This document shows positions 48,534 to 49,466 of a stretch of DNA of 49,466 bases, one piece after another. Under the pieces are notes generated by a model. That model did not search any database and was not told the DNA's origin. It was given only the letters and a program-made list of their open reading frames with translations. Where the stretch lies: the NCBI RefSeq assembly GCF_001194135.2, contig NC_068982.1, forward strand, positions 1,338,203 to 1,387,668, read 5' to 3'. Each line of letters begins with the position of its first letter. Position 1 is the first letter of the stretch. The DNA is from Octopus bimaculoides. Lineage: Eukaryota. The position numbers and the translations under genes are program-made.

Positions 48534-48761
48534 ATTATTCCCTATTTAAATTTGAAAGCCGAGTCGACGGAGAAGAGTTCCAACATGAAATTTCCAAACA
48601 CGCTCTCATACACACAATAAATTCCATGAAAGTAAATATTCCAGTGCAAACAAGAAAGTATAAGGTAATGAGATTTGCACTCAAAATAGTAGCTAGAATC
48701 CCGTCCGTTGCCCGGCACTCGTCACATTCAAGCGCCAGAGGAATTTCACTTGTTACCCTAT
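48534..48761 (+). CDS. Candidate symmetric phase-1 exon (228 nt): YSLFKFESRVDGEEFQHEISKHALIHTINSMKVNIPVQTRKYKVMRFALKIVARIPSVARHSSHSSARGISLVTL; product unknown
   Basis: Acceptor ttcttatttaaag|AT, donor CTAT|gtaagt, open frame and length divisible by 3. An alternative donor AAG|gtaatg lies inside, and the minus strand is also open here, so the call is ambiguous. Confidence 0.3.
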
Positions 48762-49466
48762 GTAAGTTAAACAACTCTGCAAAAACAAACTTTGTAAAAG
48801 AAAGAAAACACTTGTTCCAATTACTTTCAGAGCTAGAACAGTTAAGGAATAATAGCTTGAGCAGCCTGAATAGAAGAAATCAAATTCTTTTTGTCTACAG
48901 AAAGCAAAATATTTACTATTTGACTTCCAAAATAGAGGTCCGACATAATATATTTTAATGAAAAGTTTCTAACGTAACATACTCTTTGTTTTCTGTATGC
49001 TTCATCTGTTTTGTCTGTCTTTCTTTTCATTGTCGTTTTGTTGGCTGTTTTATAAAATGGAGAGTGATTTCTGACTTGATAAGTCAGTTTTATCAATGCT
49101 ATTTTCTCTCACTCTTTATTATTTGCTTTCTTATTTTCCATCGCTTTACTTTCTTTTATGATGTAGTAGTTTGTATTGTTTCAACATGAATGATGTAAAG
49201 GACTCAAATAAATGAAAAATAATAATAGCTAAATTAAACCATTATTTGTTTCTAATTAAAATCAAATAAATTTATTTATATATTTGCATTATTGACTTGT
49301 TTTATTGCAATTCATTTTTTGTTTTTTTAGTTTTGCATATTCATTCAAATATTATTTAATTTTCTTATTTACACACATACAGCCAATTGAATGCTTTCTT
49401 TTAAATTTTTGTCACTGTTCTCAGAATATTCTTATTGACTTCTTCCTTCACCATTACTAAAATACC

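Noticed and set aside
48535-48774. Minus-strand ORF with a hydrophobic, TM-like stretch
   Set aside because: It overlaps the better-bounded plus-strand exon candidate. It cannot be excluded, but hydrophobic runs are common in AT-rich antisense frames.

Overview
AT-rich, repeat-saturated eukaryotic scaffold with 13 N-gaps, most abutting microsatellites. The repeat complement (tRNA-derived CORE-type and Meta-type SINEs, RTE and RLE-type LINE remnants, abundant (CA)n/(TA)n/(CATA)n/(GA)n) is what I recognise from coleoid cephalopod genomes, most likely Octopus; this is recognition from memory, not a database result. No intact protein-coding gene is visible, and nearly all ORFs in the track are microsatellite, gap or transposon artefacts. 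A few isolated splice-bounded candidate exons and two promoter-like motif clusters suggest intronic or gene-flanking DNA. The most interesting elements are: (1) a fold-back Penelope-like or retrozyme-type element with an intact hammerhead ribozyme core and a long stem II (46061-46149, minus strand); (2) three copies of an RLE-encoding LINE lineage, all embedded in (CATA)n, suggesting microsatellite targeting or seeding; (3) an apparently complete non-autonomous Helitron (A|TC...hairpin-CTAG|T) carrying a modular fold-back element; (4) R4/Dong-like and non-autonomous retroposons nested in (TAA)n; (5) a tRNA-Leu/SINE-tail chimera; and (6) many long inverted repeats that could form dsRNA. Apart from motif positions I indexed individually, element boundaries are approximate and identities are estimated by eye.
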